Source: an uncultured delta proteobacterium
GTDB lineage: Bacteria; Desulfobacterota; Binatia; Binatales; Binataceae
NCBI GenBank assembly: GCA_963765675.1
Contig: CAVXXK010000001.1
Span: 1,696,001 to 1,760,000 of the forward strand
Length of the DNA: 64,000 bases
Direction: 5' to 3'
This document shows positions 9,797 through 20,275 of the stretch, piece by piece (position 1 is the first letter of the stretch; each line of letters starts with the position of its first letter). Below the pieces are notes generated by a model. That model had not been told where the DNA came from. It saw only the letters and a program-made list of their open reading frames with translations, and made no database searches. A program made the position numbers and the translations under genes.

Positions 9797-10630
9797 GCGC
9801 GTCGCTCGAGGCGCGCTGCGCCCGAGCCTCGCGCCGCTACTGCTCATCGCTGCCGCCGCCGGATTGATTTTTTCCGCCTGCGCGACGCTCGCCCCGCCCG
9901 AATCTCCGCAAATCACCGCTGCCGCGCCGTCAAGTCAGGCCGCCGAACTAAGCGCGATGACCTCGCGTCTGGCGGAGCGAGACCGCGCGCTCGTCTCGAT
10001 GCAGACCTGCGGCGATAATGGAATACACCGCGCCTGATCGTCACGCCAAAGCCCGCGAGAATATCACGGTCAGCCGCCCCGCGAGCCTGCGCGTCGAGGC
10101 GATGTCGCCATTCGGCATCGCGCTGATCGTCGCGACTCACGGCGGCCAGCTCGAAATTTTCGAGCCGTCAAAAAACAAGCTCATCCGCGCCGCAGCCAAC
10201 GCCGCGACTCTCGATCAGTTCGTGCAAATCCCGATGGAGCCCGCCGACGCGGTGACGCTTCTGCTCGGAATCGCGCCCGACATCGAGCGTATCGCCGCGA
10301 GCGCGCCCGCTCGCGATTACGACCGAGCATCCGGACGTCGACAGTATCGCCACGATGACCGTCGCCGCTTGGCGCGACGCGAGCGGTGGGACGAGCGAAC
10401 TCGGATTTGAGGACGGCAACCTTGCGATGGTGCGGCGGCGCGACGCGTCCGGCCATATCGGCTACGAGGTCCGCTATCGCGACTATCACGATATCGGTGG
10501 CGTGATGTTTCCCTACGTGGTGGAAGCCGATTTCCCGCCCGCGCAAAGTCACCTGACGATCCGCTACGATCGCCCGATAGTGAACGGCCGAATCTCGCCG
10601 GCAGTTTTCGATCTGGCCCCGGCGACTTGA
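9780..10630 (+). CDS. LolB-like/DUF4292-like lipoprotein; +1 frameshifts near 10008 and 10307
   Basis: Lipobox FSAC; 'RPASLRVEAMSPFG', 'YRDYHDIGGVMFP', 'NGRISPAVF' spread over three consecutive ORFs. Confidence 0.65.
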
Positions 10631-10663
10631 CCTCATCTCCTCTGCCGATGCTCCTGCTGGAAA

Positions 10664-10684
10664 CCCTCTCCCTCCGGGTGAGGG
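10664..10684. repeat. REP-like palindromic repeat (CCCTCTCCC...GAGGG family)
   Basis: CCCTCTCCCTCCGGGTGAGGG resembles 63273..63293. Confidence 0.5.
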
Positions 10685-10807
10685 CGGCCTTGCTCCAACC
10701 CACGGCGGCAGATCAGACCTTGCCCGGGCGCCTTACGCTCGCGCAATTTGCCAGCTAATCTTGATCGCGTCCCCCCATCCGCATCGACGCGGAGCGGACG
10801 GAATCTG

Positions 10808-12520
10808 ATGCCTGCGCGCCGGCCAAACTTTTTTTGCATCGCCGCGATTGCGATCGCCGCGCTTGCATGTGTTGCCGGATGCCGTGTCGATCGTCCGAAG
10901 ATCGATCACGCTCGCGAGCAGATTCTCTACGACGCGACCTCGGCCGATCCGCGCACCTTCAATCCGATCCTGGTCACCGACGCGACTTCCGGCGCGATCG
11001 TCGGCGATCTGTTCGAAACCCTGATCCGCGTTGATTTGAAAACCTTGTTGCCCGAGCCGTCTATCGCCGAAAGCTGGGATATCACGCCCGACCAGAAGAC
11101 CATCACCTTCCACATCCGCCACGGACTCAAGTGGTTCGACGGTGCTCCGCTCGATGCGCGCGATGTCGTGTTCACGATGAAGGCGATCTACGATCCGAAA
11201 GTTCCCAACAGCATCCGCCCGGGCATGATGATCGATGACAAACCTATCGAGACGGAGCTGATCGACAACTACACGGTCGCGATGCATCTGCCGCGCCCGT
11301 TCGCTCCGTTGCTGTATGAGGCCTCAGGAATACCCGTGATGCCGGAGCATCTGCTCGGTGCGGCACTCGCGGCCGGAAAATTCGCCCAGATGTGGGGAAT
11401 CAACACTCCCGCGAGCGAAATCATCGGCGATGGCCAATTCAAGATGACGCACTACCTCCAGAGCCAGGTCGTGCAGTATGAACGCAATCCCGATTTCTGG
11501 ATGAAGGACGAGCATGGCGGCCAGCTTCCGCGCCTGCGCGGCCGGGCGACCATGATCGTCCAGGATCAGAACACCGATTACCTGAAATTCCTCTCCGGAC
11601 AGACCGACGTTTACGGTCCGCGCCCGAAGGACGTGATCGATCTGAAAGACAAGGCGCGCGCGCTCGGGATCAACGTGCAGGAGATCGGCATCGATACCGG
11701 CGAGCTATTCTTCTCGTTCAATCGCAACCCGAAACATTTCGTGCACGACGGCGTGACCGATCCGAAACTGACGTGGTTCACCGACCCGTATTTCCTGCAG
11801 GCGATCGCGCATTCGATCGACAAGCAGGGGATCATCAACCTGTGCTACCACGGTCTTGCGGTTCCGGCAGTCGCGGAGATTTCGCCGGCTAACAAGATCT
11901 TTCACAACCCGAACCTGAAAGATTACGACTACGATCTGGCCGAGGCCGCGCGCCTGCTCGAGGCTGGTGGCTATCATATGATCCGTCCCGGCGTGCGCGC
12001 CGATTCGCACGGCAACCCTATCGTGTTCACGCTGACGACCAACGCCGATTCGCAGGAGCGCCAGCAGATGTGCGCGATCCTGAAGCAGGATCTCTCGACG
12101 CTCGGAATCCAGGTGAATTTCCGCCCGTTGGATTTCCAGACGCTGATCGAAAAGCTCGATTCGAATTTCGACTGGGACTGTATCTTGATGGGCTTCACCG
12201 GCGGGTTCGAGCCCAACGACGGCGCCGACTTCCTGCGCTCGTCGGGCAATTTGCACATCTGGTACCCGAATCAGAAAACTCCAGCGACACCGTGGGAAGC
12301 CGAGATCGATCACCTGATGGATCAGGGCACCACCGTAATGGACCCGCTGAAACGCGCGCCCTATTACTGGAAGATTCAGGAAATCCTGCACCAGCAGTTG
12401 CCGATTATCGAAACCGTGCGCGGAACGCGCTACGCCGCGTGGAAAACTTCGCTCGAGAACTACCAGCCGACAGTTTGGGGGCTGTACCATCCCGAATGGA
12501 TCGAATTCAAACCGAATTGA
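10808..12520 (+). CDS. Peptide/nickel ABC transporter substrate-binding lipoprotein (SBP family 5)
   Basis: Lipobox VAGC; 'PEPSIAESWDI...FHIRHGLKWFDG..DVVFT' signature. Confidence 0.92.
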   Translation: MPARRPNFFCIAAIAIAALACVAGCRVDRPKIDHAREQILYDATSADPRTFNPILVTDATSGAIVGDLFETLIRVDLKTLLPEPSIAESWDITPDQKTITFHIRHGLKWFDGAPLDARDVVFTMKAIYDPKVPNSIRPGMMIDDKPIETELIDNYTVAMHLPRPFAPLLYEASGIPVMPEHLLGAALAAGKFAQMWGINTPASEIIGDGQFKMTHYLQSQVVQYERNPDFWMKDEHGGQLPRLRGRATMIVQDQNTDYLKFLSGQTDVYGPRPKDVIDLKDKARALGINVQEIGIDTGELFFSFNRNPKHFVHDGVTDPKLTWFTDPYFLQAIAHSIDKQGIINLCYHGLAVPAVAEISPANKIFHNPNLKDYDYDLAEAARLLEAGGYHMIRPGVRADSHGNPIVFTLTTNADSQERQQMCAILKQDLSTLGIQVNFRPLDFQTLIEKLDSNFDWDCILMGFTGGFEPNDGADFLRSSGNLHIWYPNQKTPATPWEAEIDHLMDQGTTVMDPLKRAPYYWKIQEILHQQLPIIETVRGTRYAAWKTSLENYQPTVWGLYHPEWIEFKPN

Positions 12521-12559
12521 AGCATTGCTCGCGGACCGCGCCGCGCAGATAGCAAGCTC

Positions 12560-13540
12560 ATGGGACGCTTCCTCATCCGCCGCCTGATCAACATGATCCC
12601 GCTGATCATCGGGATCACGTTCCTGTCGTTCCTCGTGATGTCGCTGGTGCCGGGAAATTTTCTCTCGACCCTCAAGCTCAATCCGCGCATCTCGCCGCAG
12701 GTGATCAAGCAGATGGAGGCGCAGTTTGGTCTCGATCAGCCTCTGCTGATTCGCTACTTCAAATGGCTCTGGTCGGTGCTTCATCTGAACCTAGGAATCT
12801 CGCTCGCCTACCGGGTCAGCGTCACCTCGCTTATCACCACGCGCGCGATCAACACGATCATCCTGTCGGCGTGCGCGATGCTGTTTGCGTGGGTCGTCGC
12901 GATCCCGATCGGGATTATCGTCGCGGTCAATCAAAATTCGATCTGGGACCGCGTGCTGTCGTTCCTCGCGTTCTTCGGGATGTCGGTGCCGAATTTCTTT
13001 CTCGCCTTCCTGATGATGTGGGTGGCGCTGCAGACCGGATGGTTTCCGATCGGCGGCACCTATTCGGTGGATTACTCAACCCTCGACTTCTGGTCGCAAA
13101 TCGCCGACCGCATCAACCATCTCATCCTGCCGGTGTTCGTGCTCGGCACGGCCGGGATGGCGGGGCTGATGCGCCTGATGCGCTCGCAGATTCTCGAGAT
13201 CAAGAATGCCGAATTCGTTCGCACCGCGCGCGCCAAGGGACTTTCCGAACGCGTCGTGATCTACAAGCACGTGCTGCGTAACGCGCTCAATCCGTTCGTC
13301 ACGATGGCGGGATACTCGCTCGGCGATCTGCTCGGCGGCGCCGCGCTGGTGGAGGCCGTGATGAACTTGCAAGGCCTCGGATTGTTGCTGCTCGACGCCG
13401 TGCGCCAGCTCGATATCTACCTGGTGATGGGATCGGTGCTGGTCGGCACCGTGCTACTGCTCGTTGGCAACCTGCTCGCGGATATCGCGCTGGTCGCGGT
13501 CGATCCACGCGTCGACTTTTCGTCGTCGGCGCAGCAATGA
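12560..13540 (+). CDS. Peptide ABC transporter permease (OppB/DppB-like)
   Basis: 'FGLDQP', EAA-type loop 'FVRTARAKGLSE...KHVLRNAL'. Confidence 0.93.
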   Translation: MGRFLIRRLINMIPLIIGITFLSFLVMSLVPGNFLSTLKLNPRISPQVIKQMEAQFGLDQPLLIRYFKWLWSVLHLNLGISLAYRVSVTSLITTRAINTIILSACAMLFAWVVAIPIGIIVAVNQNSIWDRVLSFLAFFGMSVPNFFLAFLMMWVALQTGWFPIGGTYSVDYSTLDFWSQIADRINHLILPVFVLGTAGMAGLMRLMRSQILEIKNAEFVRTARAKGLSERVVIYKHVLRNALNPFVTMAGYSLGDLLGGAALVEAVMNLQGLGLLLLDAVRQLDIYLVMGSVLVGTVLLLVGNLLADIALVAVDPRVDFSSSAQQ

Positions 13541-14628
13541 GCGCGATGCCGGGAATGATCGGGCAGCCGGGCGCTATCGCCGAGCCGATAGCCTTGCCGG
13601 TTCAGTCCACCGGCGTCGTGCGCGAATGGCGGCTCGCGTCGTGGACCGTGCGCGCGTCCGCGATCTGTCTGGTCCTGTTTTACCTGTTCGCGGCGGCGTC
13701 GCCGTTCTTCGCGCCCTACGACGACACCTATCAGAATCGCGCGATGCCGGATTGTCCGCCGATGCGCCTGCATCTGGCCGCCCCGTCGGACTGGTCGGCC
13801 GGGTTTTTCTACACGCATCCGATGCGCCTGCTTGATCCGGTCGAGCGTAACTACGCGCCCGACCTCGCGCATCGCACCTACATTCACATACTTTCGCGCG
13901 GGCATTTGTTCACCACCGATTCGCCGAAAGATCCCTTCTACCTGATGGGCAGCGACTCGCTCGGTCGCGATCTGTTCTCGCGTATCGTGTACGGCTCGCG
14001 GGTCAGCATGCTGGTTGGATTGATCGGAGTCGCGATCAGCTTCTCGCTCGGGATCACGATCGGCGCGCTCTCGGGCTACGTCGGCGGATTGACCGACAAT
14101 CTGATCATGCGATGGTCCGAGATCGAGATGTCGCTGCCGTCGTTTTATTTCCTGCTCGCGCTCGCCGCGATCATTCCGGCCGGGATGAGCACGACCGCGA
14201 CATTCTTCATGATTATCGCGATCATGAGCTTCATAAGCTGGGCCGGACTGGCGCGGATTATCCGCGGGATGGCGGCCTCAGTACGCTCGCGCCCATACGT
14301 CGAAGCGGCGCGCGCGCTCGGCGCCTCGCGCTGGCGGATCATCACGCGCCACGTGATTCCCTCTGTTCTCGGCTACGCGATCGTCGCTGCCACGCTGTCG
14401 ATTCCGGGCTTCATCCTGGGCGAAAGCGCTCTCTCCCTGCTAGGCCTGGGAATCCAGGAACCCGCCGCCTCGTGGGGCAACCTGCTGGCGCAAGCCCAGG
14501 ACGTGCAAAGCCTCGCGCGCTATCCCTGGATCCTGATCCCGGGCGTCTTCATTTTCCTCGCCGTGATGTCATTCAATTTCCTGGGCGATCATCTCCGCGA
14601 TCGCATGGACCCCTCGAACGCCAACTGA
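13537..14628 (+). CDS. Peptide ABC transporter permease (OppC/DppC-like)
   Basis: 'GSDSLGRDLFSRIVYGSRVS', 'YVEAARALGAS'; ATGA overlap with previous gene. Confidence 0.93.
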   Translation: MSAMPGMIGQPGAIAEPIALPVQSTGVVREWRLASWTVRASAICLVLFYLFAAASPFFAPYDDTYQNRAMPDCPPMRLHLAAPSDWSAGFFYTHPMRLLDPVERNYAPDLAHRTYIHILSRGHLFTTDSPKDPFYLMGSDSLGRDLFSRIVYGSRVSMLVGLIGVAISFSLGITIGALSGYVGGLTDNLIMRWSEIEMSLPSFYFLLALAAIIPAGMSTTATFFMIIAIMSFISWAGLARIIRGMAASVRSRPYVEAARALGASRWRIITRHVIPSVLGYAIVAATLSIPGFILGESALSLLGLGIQEPAASWGNLLAQAQDVQSLARYPWILIPGVFIFLAVMSFNFLGDHLRDRMDPSNAN

Positions 14629-14632
14629 TTTC

Positions 14633-14682
14633 TGATTCCTCCCCCGTTGTTTGAAACGGGGGACGATTAAAGGAGGGGGTGC
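14633..14682 (+). repeat. 50-bp REP-like repeat, near-copy at 22885..22934
   Basis: TGATTCCTCCCC...hairpin...GATTAAAGGAGGGGGTGC in both copies. Confidence 0.75.
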
Positions 14683-14758
14683 AGCCGAGCACATATTCCG
14701 TTACGCTGCGGCCCCGTCTGGTCCGGCATACGCTGGCGATGCTACCCTGTACGCACAA

Positions 14759-15721
14759 GTGGCGCCTCTACTCGAAGTCAAATCGCTCAGCACCTCGTTC
14801 TTCACCGGCGAAGGCGAGGTGCGCGCGGTTGACGGCGTGAGCTTCTCGGTCGAGGCGGGCAAGCTGATGGGTATCGTCGGCGAGTCCGGATCCGGCAAGA
14901 CCGCGACGGTGCTATCGATCATGCGGCTGCTGCCCGAGACCGCGCGGATCACCGGCGGCGAAATTCTCTTCGAGGGCAAGGACCTGCTGAAACTCCCCGA
15001 GCCCGAGATGCGCGCGATTCGCGGCGCGCGGATCGCGATGATCTTCCAGGAGCCGATGACCTCGCTCAATCCGGTCTTCACGATCGGCAGCCAAATCGGC
15101 GAAGCGGTGCGGCTGCATCAGCATACCGCAAGGCGCGAAACCCGCGACCGCTCGATCGAGGCGCTGCGGATGGTCGGAATCGCAGACCCCGAGCGGCGCA
15201 TCGACGACTATCCGCATCAGCTCTCCGGCGGGATGCGCCAGCGCGTGATGATCGCGATGGCGCTGGCGTGTAATCCCAAGGTGCTGGTGGCGGACGAGCC
15301 GACCACCGCGCTCGACGTGACTATCCAGGCGCAGATTCTCGATCTGATTCGCGAGCTGCAAGCGCGCCTGGGCCTCGCGGTGATCCTGGTCACGCACGAC
15401 CTCGGAATCGTCGCCGAGTATGCCGACGACGTGACGATTCTTTATTCCGCGCGCGTGATGGAACAGGCATCGTCGCGCGACCTATTTGCAAATCCGCTCA
15501 ATCCCTACACGCGCGGGCTGCTCGCGTCGATTCCCGGAATCGACGGCGCGCGCCGCGCGAGATTGCAGGCGATTCCCGGCTCGATCCCGAGCGCGCTGCG
15601 CCCGCCTTCCGGCTGCAGGTTTCATCCGCGATGCCCCCGCGCGATTCCCGAATGCGCTCAAGCCGTGCCGCCGCTCGAGGCGAAGGCGCCCAACCATTAT
15701 GTCGCCTGTATCCGCGTTTGA
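14759..15721 (+). CDS. Peptide ABC transporter ATP-binding protein (OppD/DppD-like)
   Basis: [26 protein letters not shown]-terminal GCRFHPRC. Confidence 0.94.
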   Translation: MAPLLEVKSLSTSFFTGEGEVRAVDGVSFSVEAGKLMGIVGESGSGKTATVLSIMRLLPETARITGGEILFEGKDLLKLPEPEMRAIRGARIAMIFQEPMTSLNPVFTIGSQIGEAVRLHQHTARRETRDRSIEALRMVGIADPERRIDDYPHQLSGGMRQRVMIAMALACNPKVLVADEPTTALDVTIQAQILDLIRELQARLGLAVILVTHDLGIVAEYADDVTILYSARVMEQASSRDLFANPLNPYTRGLLASIPGIDGARRARLQAIPGSIPSALRPPSGCRFHPRCPRAIPECAQAVPPLEAKAPNHYVACIRV

Positions 15722-16730
15722 TCCGGCGCGCACGCCGGCAGCTTCGCCCGATTCGGGTGCGGCGCTGGTCCGCGTCGAAAATCTAAGTAAGGAATTTCCC
15801 GCCGGCGGCGACGCGCTGTTCGCACGCGAACGTCTGACGGTCAAAGCGGTCACAGGGGTCAATCTCGAAATCTTTCCCGGCGAAACGCTTGGCCTGGTCG
15901 GCGAGTCAGGTTCGGGAAAATCCACGCTCGGAAGATTGATCCTGAAACTTATCGAGCCGACCGCCGGAACGGTCTGGTTCGACGGCCGCGATCTGCAGAC
16001 GCTAGGCCGCGCGGAGCTGCGCGCGCTGCGACGCGAGATGCAGCTCGTGTTCCAAGATCCGTACGCGTCGCTAAACCCGAGGATGAAGGTGCGCGCGATC
16101 GTCGGCGAAGGAATCGAGATCCACAAGCTCGCGCGCGGCGCCGAAAAAGAAAAGCGCATCGCTGAGCTGCTCGAGATGGTTGGTCTCGGCGCGGACACGA
16201 TGAACCGCTATCCGCACGAATTTTCCGGCGGTCAGCGCCAGCGCATCGGAATCGCCCGCGCGCTTGCCGTCGGACCACGCTTTATCGTGCTCGATGAGCC
16301 GGTCTCCGCGCTCGACGTTTCGATCCAGGCGCAGATCATCAACTTGCTCCAAGATTTGCAGGAGCGCTTGCGTCTCACTTATCTGTTCGTCGCGCACGAT
16401 CTGCGCGTCGTCGAGCACATCAGCCGCCGGGTCGCCATCATGTATCTTGGCAAGATCGTCGAGCTCGCCACGCGCGAGGAGATTTACGCGAATCCGCGGC
16501 ATCCCTACACTCGTGCGCTGCTCTCCGCGATTCCGACCGTTGATCCCGCGGGCAGGCCCGAACGGATCAAGCTGCCCGGCGAGATGCCCAGCCCGGTCAA
16601 TCCGCCATCCGGCTGCGCCTTTCATCCGCGATGCCCTTATGCGAAGGATGAATGCAGGACGCTCGAGCCAGCGCTGATCACGGGAAGGGGGGGGCACGCG
16701 GTTGCGTGTCACGTGTTTCCCGCGCCATGA
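15699..16730 (+). CDS. Peptide ABC transporter ATP-binding protein (OppF/DppF-like)
   Basis: [34 protein letters not shown]. Confidence 0.94.
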   Translation: MSPVSAFDPARTPAASPDSGAALVRVENLSKEFPAGGDALFARERLTVKAVTGVNLEIFPGETLGLVGESGSGKSTLGRLILKLIEPTAGTVWFDGRDLQTLGRAELRALRREMQLVFQDPYASLNPRMKVRAIVGEGIEIHKLARGAEKEKRIAELLEMVGLGADTMNRYPHEFSGGQRQRIGIARALAVGPRFIVLDEPVSALDVSIQAQIINLLQDLQERLRLTYLFVAHDLRVVEHISRRVAIMYLGKIVELATREEIYANPRHPYTRALLSAIPTVDPAGRPERIKLPGEMPSPVNPPSGCAFHPRCPYAKDECRTLEPALITGRGGHAVACHVFPAP

Positions 16731-16751
16731 TCGGCGTCCGGCGGTAGTAAA

Positions 16752-17189
16752 ATGGCTCCCGAGCACAATGGACACGGCAACGTAGGCAGCGTGACGCATC
16801 CGATCGCGCGGCCAGCCACGAATATCCCCAACGAGCCGGCGGTGGCGTGGGTCGAAGAGCGCACTCGCGTCGCGGTCGGCCGCAACGTCAACGTCTCGGG
16901 CCGGCTGGTGTTTCACGAACCGGTCAGAATCGAAGGACGTTTCCGTGGAGAGGTGTCGTCGGCTGAGCTGGTGGTGATTTCAGAAGGCGCGACGATCGAA
17001 GGCAAAATCCGCGCGCCGCGCCTGCTGGTCATGGGTGAGTTGCGCGGCGATATCGCCGCCGCCAAACGCGTGGTGCTGGGACCGAACTCGCGCGTCGACG
17101 GCAATATCGAGACCGATAGCCTGACCATCTGCGAGGGCGCCCACTTCGACGGGCACGTGCGGATGACGGCGGCCGGCCGCGCGAATTAA
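16752..17189 (+). CDS. Bactofilin (polymer-forming cytoskeletal protein)
   Basis: Beta-helix repeats 'VRIEGRFRGEV..LVVISEGATIEG..VDGNIETDSLTICEGAHFDG'. Confidence 0.88.
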   Translation: MAPEHNGHGNVGSVTHPIARPATNIPNEPAVAWVEERTRVAVGRNVNVSGRLVFHEPVRIEGRFRGEVSSAELVVISEGATIEGKIRAPRLLVMGELRGDIAAAKRVVLGPNSRVDGNIETDSLTICEGAHFDGHVRMTAAGRAN

Positions 17190-17202
17190 TTCCTGGATCG
17201 AG

Positions 17203-17547
17203 TTAGGCGAGAGTGTCGAGGCGCGCGGCCTTGCCCTGTCGTCCACGCAGGTAATAGAGACGCGCGCGGCGCACCCGGCTTCGCGACAGCACCTGGATCT
17301 TTTCGAGCCGCGGCGAATGCAGCGGGAAAATCCGCTCGACTCCGACGCCGTAGGAGACCTTGCGTACCGTGAAGGTCGCGCGATTCCCGCCGCGATTCAT
17401 CTTGATCACGACGCCTTCGAACGACTGAATGCGTTCCTTCTCGCCCTCGCGGACTTTGACCTGCAAGCGCAGCATATCGCCCACGCGGAAATCGGGAAGG
17501 TCGGTCCGCAGGGCTCGATCTTCGAGCTTTTGGATGATGCTATTCAT
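17203..17547 (-). CDS. rplS: 50S ribosomal protein L19
   Basis: '[49 protein letters not shown]'. Confidence 0.98.
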   Translation of the reverse strand: MNSIIQKLEDRALRTDLPDFRVGDMLRLQVKVREGEKERIQSFEGVVIKMNRGGNRATFTVRKVSYGVGVERIFPLHSPRLEKIQVLSRSRVRRARLYYLRGRQGKAARLDTLA

Positions 17548-17731
17548 GTGAAATGTGTTCCAGGTTGAGCACCCAAACCTATCCAAACCCGCCGCCTGAA
17601 ACAAGCACCCGCGCCGCGGTACTTTCATCTCGAATGCTTTTCGCGCAGCCTGCGGCCGCTTTCGTTCGGGATTCCTCGCGCGCTGCAAACATGCGCGGGA
17701 TTGCCATCTTTCGAGCGCGCGATCAATCCGG

Positions 17732-18232
17732 TCAAACCGTGTCGGGACCGGGGATCGCGTGCGGCGCCGGAGACGGTCCTTCAGGACGGCGGGCGCGGCA
17801 GGTCAGGCTCTTGCGGCTCGAATCGGGCAGGTCGAGTGTGGTCGTCCAGGGGGCGTTGCCGCCGAGCACCTGGCATTGAACCGGGTCGCCCGAGCATTGG
17901 AATTTCAGCACTTGATTTTCGAGCGGCTTGTCCTCGGCCCCAATCAGCGTGCGCCGCTCTTCGCATTGCGTTCCATAGCCCGAGCGAGCGCATCGGAAGT
18001 CTTCGCGCATATGGCCCGGGCTGTCGCTCGCGACGATCTGCGAAAAATCGCAGAGCGGCACGTCGGCGTCGGTACAGACCAACTCGCGGCAATGGCGGAA
18101 CACCAGGGTTGTTGGATCTTCCGCCGCTACGGCGGGCGGCAAGGCGGAGTTGCCGCCGCTCGCGGCGCATCCGGAGGCGATCGCTATCGCCGCACCGAAC
18201 AGAATCGCGCGGCCAACAAGACGGAAATTCAT
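17732..18232 (-). CDS. Cys-rich hypothetical lipoprotein
   Basis: Signal with ASGC lipobox, eight further Cys; co-oriented inside the trmD-rplS cluster. Confidence 0.6.
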   Translation of the reverse strand: MNFRLVGRAILFGAAIAIASGCAASGGNSALPPAVAAEDPTTLVFRHCRELVCTDADVPLCDFSQIVASDSPGHMREDFRCARSGYGTQCEERRTLIGAEDKPLENQVLKFQCSGDPVQCQVLGGNAPWTTTLDLPDSSRKSLTCRARRPEGPSPAPHAIPGPDTV

Positions 18233-18278
18233 ACAGCTAAAATTGCCTCGCCGCGCGCCACGCGGCAAGTACCGCGAG

Positions 18279-18836
18279 TTATTTGCCGCGCAGGCGGTCG
18301 AGGATGATCGCGCCCGCGGCGCGCACCGACAGATGATTGTAATCCGTGGCGCCGTGAATCGCTTCGAGCACGATATCGGCGCGCCTGGCCATTTCCGGCG
18401 TCATCCCAAATCCGGTTCCGAGCAGGATCATCGCCGGCGGCGAGCTCGGCGTTTCCAGCCGCGTGCGTAGCGAGGCGAAGGTCTCTCCGCGGTCGGTCCG
18501 TGCTGACGTATGCACGACCAGCGCGCGCGTGCCTGCGATCTTCCCGGCCTCGGCGCACGCGTCGTCGAGGGTCGCAACGATTCGCACCAGCTCCAGCGCC
18601 TCGCGCCGGCGCGCGTCGAACGCGCGGCCAAAGTCGAAGCGCCAATGATCGATCACGCTTTTGGCAAATTCGCGCTGCTCGGGAATCGGATGCACGATGA
18701 AGAGCGCGCGCACGCCATAGGTGCGCGCCGAGCGCGCGAGATCATGGATGTCGAGGCTGGTGATCGCGGACGTGACCACTTGGCCGTTGCGGTTGACGAC
18801 CGGATGATGAATCAGCGCGAGGAAAAGATCAGCCAC
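18279..18836 (-). CDS. TrmD-associated SPOUT RNA methyltransferase (DUF2168-like)
   Basis: 'LALIHHPVVNR..SAITSLDIHDLARSARTYG', 'LLGTGFG', 'YNHLSVRAA..IILDRL'. Confidence 0.88.
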   Translation of the reverse strand: MADLFLALIHHPVVNRNGQVVTSAITSLDIHDLARSARTYGVRALFIVHPIPEQREFAKSVIDHWRFDFGRAFDARRREALELVRIVATLDDACAEAGKIAGTRALVVHTSARTDRGETFASLRTRLETPSSPPAMILLGTGFGMTPEMARRADIVLEAIHGATDYNHLSVRAAGAIILDRLRGK

Positions 18837-18838
18837 GC

Positions 18839-19525
18839 TCAGAACTTTCGCCGCTCGAGCAGGTCGGGCCGGCGCCGCGCGGTGCGCCGCCGCGCCTCGG
18901 CTTCGCGCCATGCGCGAATCTTGCCATGATCGCCCGAGAGCAGAATCTCCGGCACGCGCATCCCGCGAAACTCCTCGGGCCGGGTGTATTGCGGATATTC
19001 GAGCGTGCGCTCGGCGAACGATTCCTCGGTCAGCGACGCGGGATTCCCGAGCACGCCCGCAAGCAGCCGCCCCGTCGCCTCGATCACGACCATCGCGGCC
19101 AACTCCCCGCCGGAGAGCACGTAATCACCGATCGAAATTTCCTGATCGACCATCGAGCGCACCCGCTCGTCAATTCCTTCGTAGCGTCCCGCGATCAGCA
19201 GGATCCCGTCGGGCTTGGCGGAGAACTCTCGCGCGAGCGCCTGGTCGAAAACCTCGCCCTGAGGAGTCAGCAGGACTTTCCAGAGCTGCGGATGCTCCGC
19301 CCCGACGGAGTCGATCGCCGCCGCGATTGGCTCCGGCCGCATCACCATCCCGCTGCCGCCGCCGTAGGGGGCGTCATCGACCTGCTTGTAGTTGCCGAGA
19401 CCGTAAGGACGCAGCGGGTGAACGTGTATCGCGATTAGTCCCTGCTCGATCGCGCGACCGATCATCCCGCCGCGAAACGGCGACTCGAACATCTCGGGGA
19501 ACAGCGTGATTACGTGGAAATCCAT
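18839..19525 (-). CDS. trmD: tRNA (guanine37-N1)-methyltransferase
   Basis: 'ITLFPEMF', 'VDDAPYGGGSGMVM', 'GRYEGIDER', 'SIGDYVLSGGE', 'LEYPQYTRP'. Confidence 0.98.
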   Translation of the reverse strand: MDFHVITLFPEMFESPFRGGMIGRAIEQGLIAIHVHPLRPYGLGNYKQVDDAPYGGGSGMVMRPEPIAAAIDSVGAEHPQLWKVLLTPQGEVFDQALAREFSAKPDGILLIAGRYEGIDERVRSMVDQEISIGDYVLSGGELAAMVVIEATGRLLAGVLGNPASLTEESFAERTLEYPQYTRPEEFRGMRVPEILLSGDHGKIRAWREAEARRRTARRRPDLLERRKF

Positions 19526-19662
19526 CGCGAGCATGCGCCTGGCGCGCGTCTCAAACGTATCGCGCCGCGAGCGCTCGAACCAGACGCGGCTCGGCGGCGG
19601 ACCAAGGACTCTTGCGGCAATAGTTTTTCGGATGCTACTTAGGCTGAAACCGGGAGGACAGG

Positions 19663-20235
19663 ATGAATCTGACGATGAAGCTCTTTGCGGTCTCGACCGC
19701 CTGCATAGTTGCACTCGGAGTGGCGTTCGCGCCCCGCATTGCCTGCGCGCAGACGGACGCCGCCGCGAAGGACGATCCCGCGCTGACCGCTGCTGCGAAG
19801 AAGATTTTCCAGGGAATAGCCGACGACGACGCCGCCGCCGTCAAGGCGACCGTCGTCAGCAAGTACGCGAGGAAAGTCAGTAAGGAGCAGCTTCGTCCCG
19901 AGCAGACGGGACCCAAGCTCACCATCGCCTACGATTCGAACGTGAAAGTGCTGCGCGCGACCGACAAGGACGCGGTCGTGGAGGCCACAATGTTCGCGCC
20001 GGCTTCAGACATCCCCAAGGGCGAGGCGAGCAAGCTTGACATCTACATGGTCAAGGAAAAAGGCCAATGGCTCGCCGACGCGCCGGACAAAAAGGAAGCG
20101 GGCGACGACGCGACGATGCAGGGCGGATGGTACCATCCCGGCACCTTCACCTATTGTCCGAACAAGGGCCTTGAGTACTTGGGCAGTCATTTCAGCAACA
20201 AGCTGAACTGCCGCGCGACCGCTGTCTGTAGATAG
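19663..20235 (+). CDS. Secreted hypothetical protein (possible NTF2-like fold plus Cys-containing tail)
   Basis: RBS GGGAGG; signal peptide; 'IYMVKEKGQW' strand motif; strongly GC3-biased codons. Confidence 0.75.
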   Translation: MNLTMKLFAVSTACIVALGVAFAPRIACAQTDAAAKDDPALTAAAKKIFQGIADDDAAAVKATVVSKYARKVSKEQLRPEQTGPKLTIAYDSNVKVLRATDKDAVVEATMFAPASDIPKGEASKLDIYMVKEKGQWLADAPDKKEAGDDATMQGGWYHPGTFTYCPNKGLEYLGSHFSNKLNCRATAVCR

Positions 20236-20275
20236 GCATAGGGGACCTGGCAAATGAACCGATGATGCTCCCGGC

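Noticed and set aside
7985-9916. 643-aa antisense ORF, and similar shadow ORFs such as 11705..12784, 27091..28155, 45462..46418 and 57999..59195
   Set aside because: They overlap well-supported genes and are expected from high-GC codon bias; no recognisable motifs
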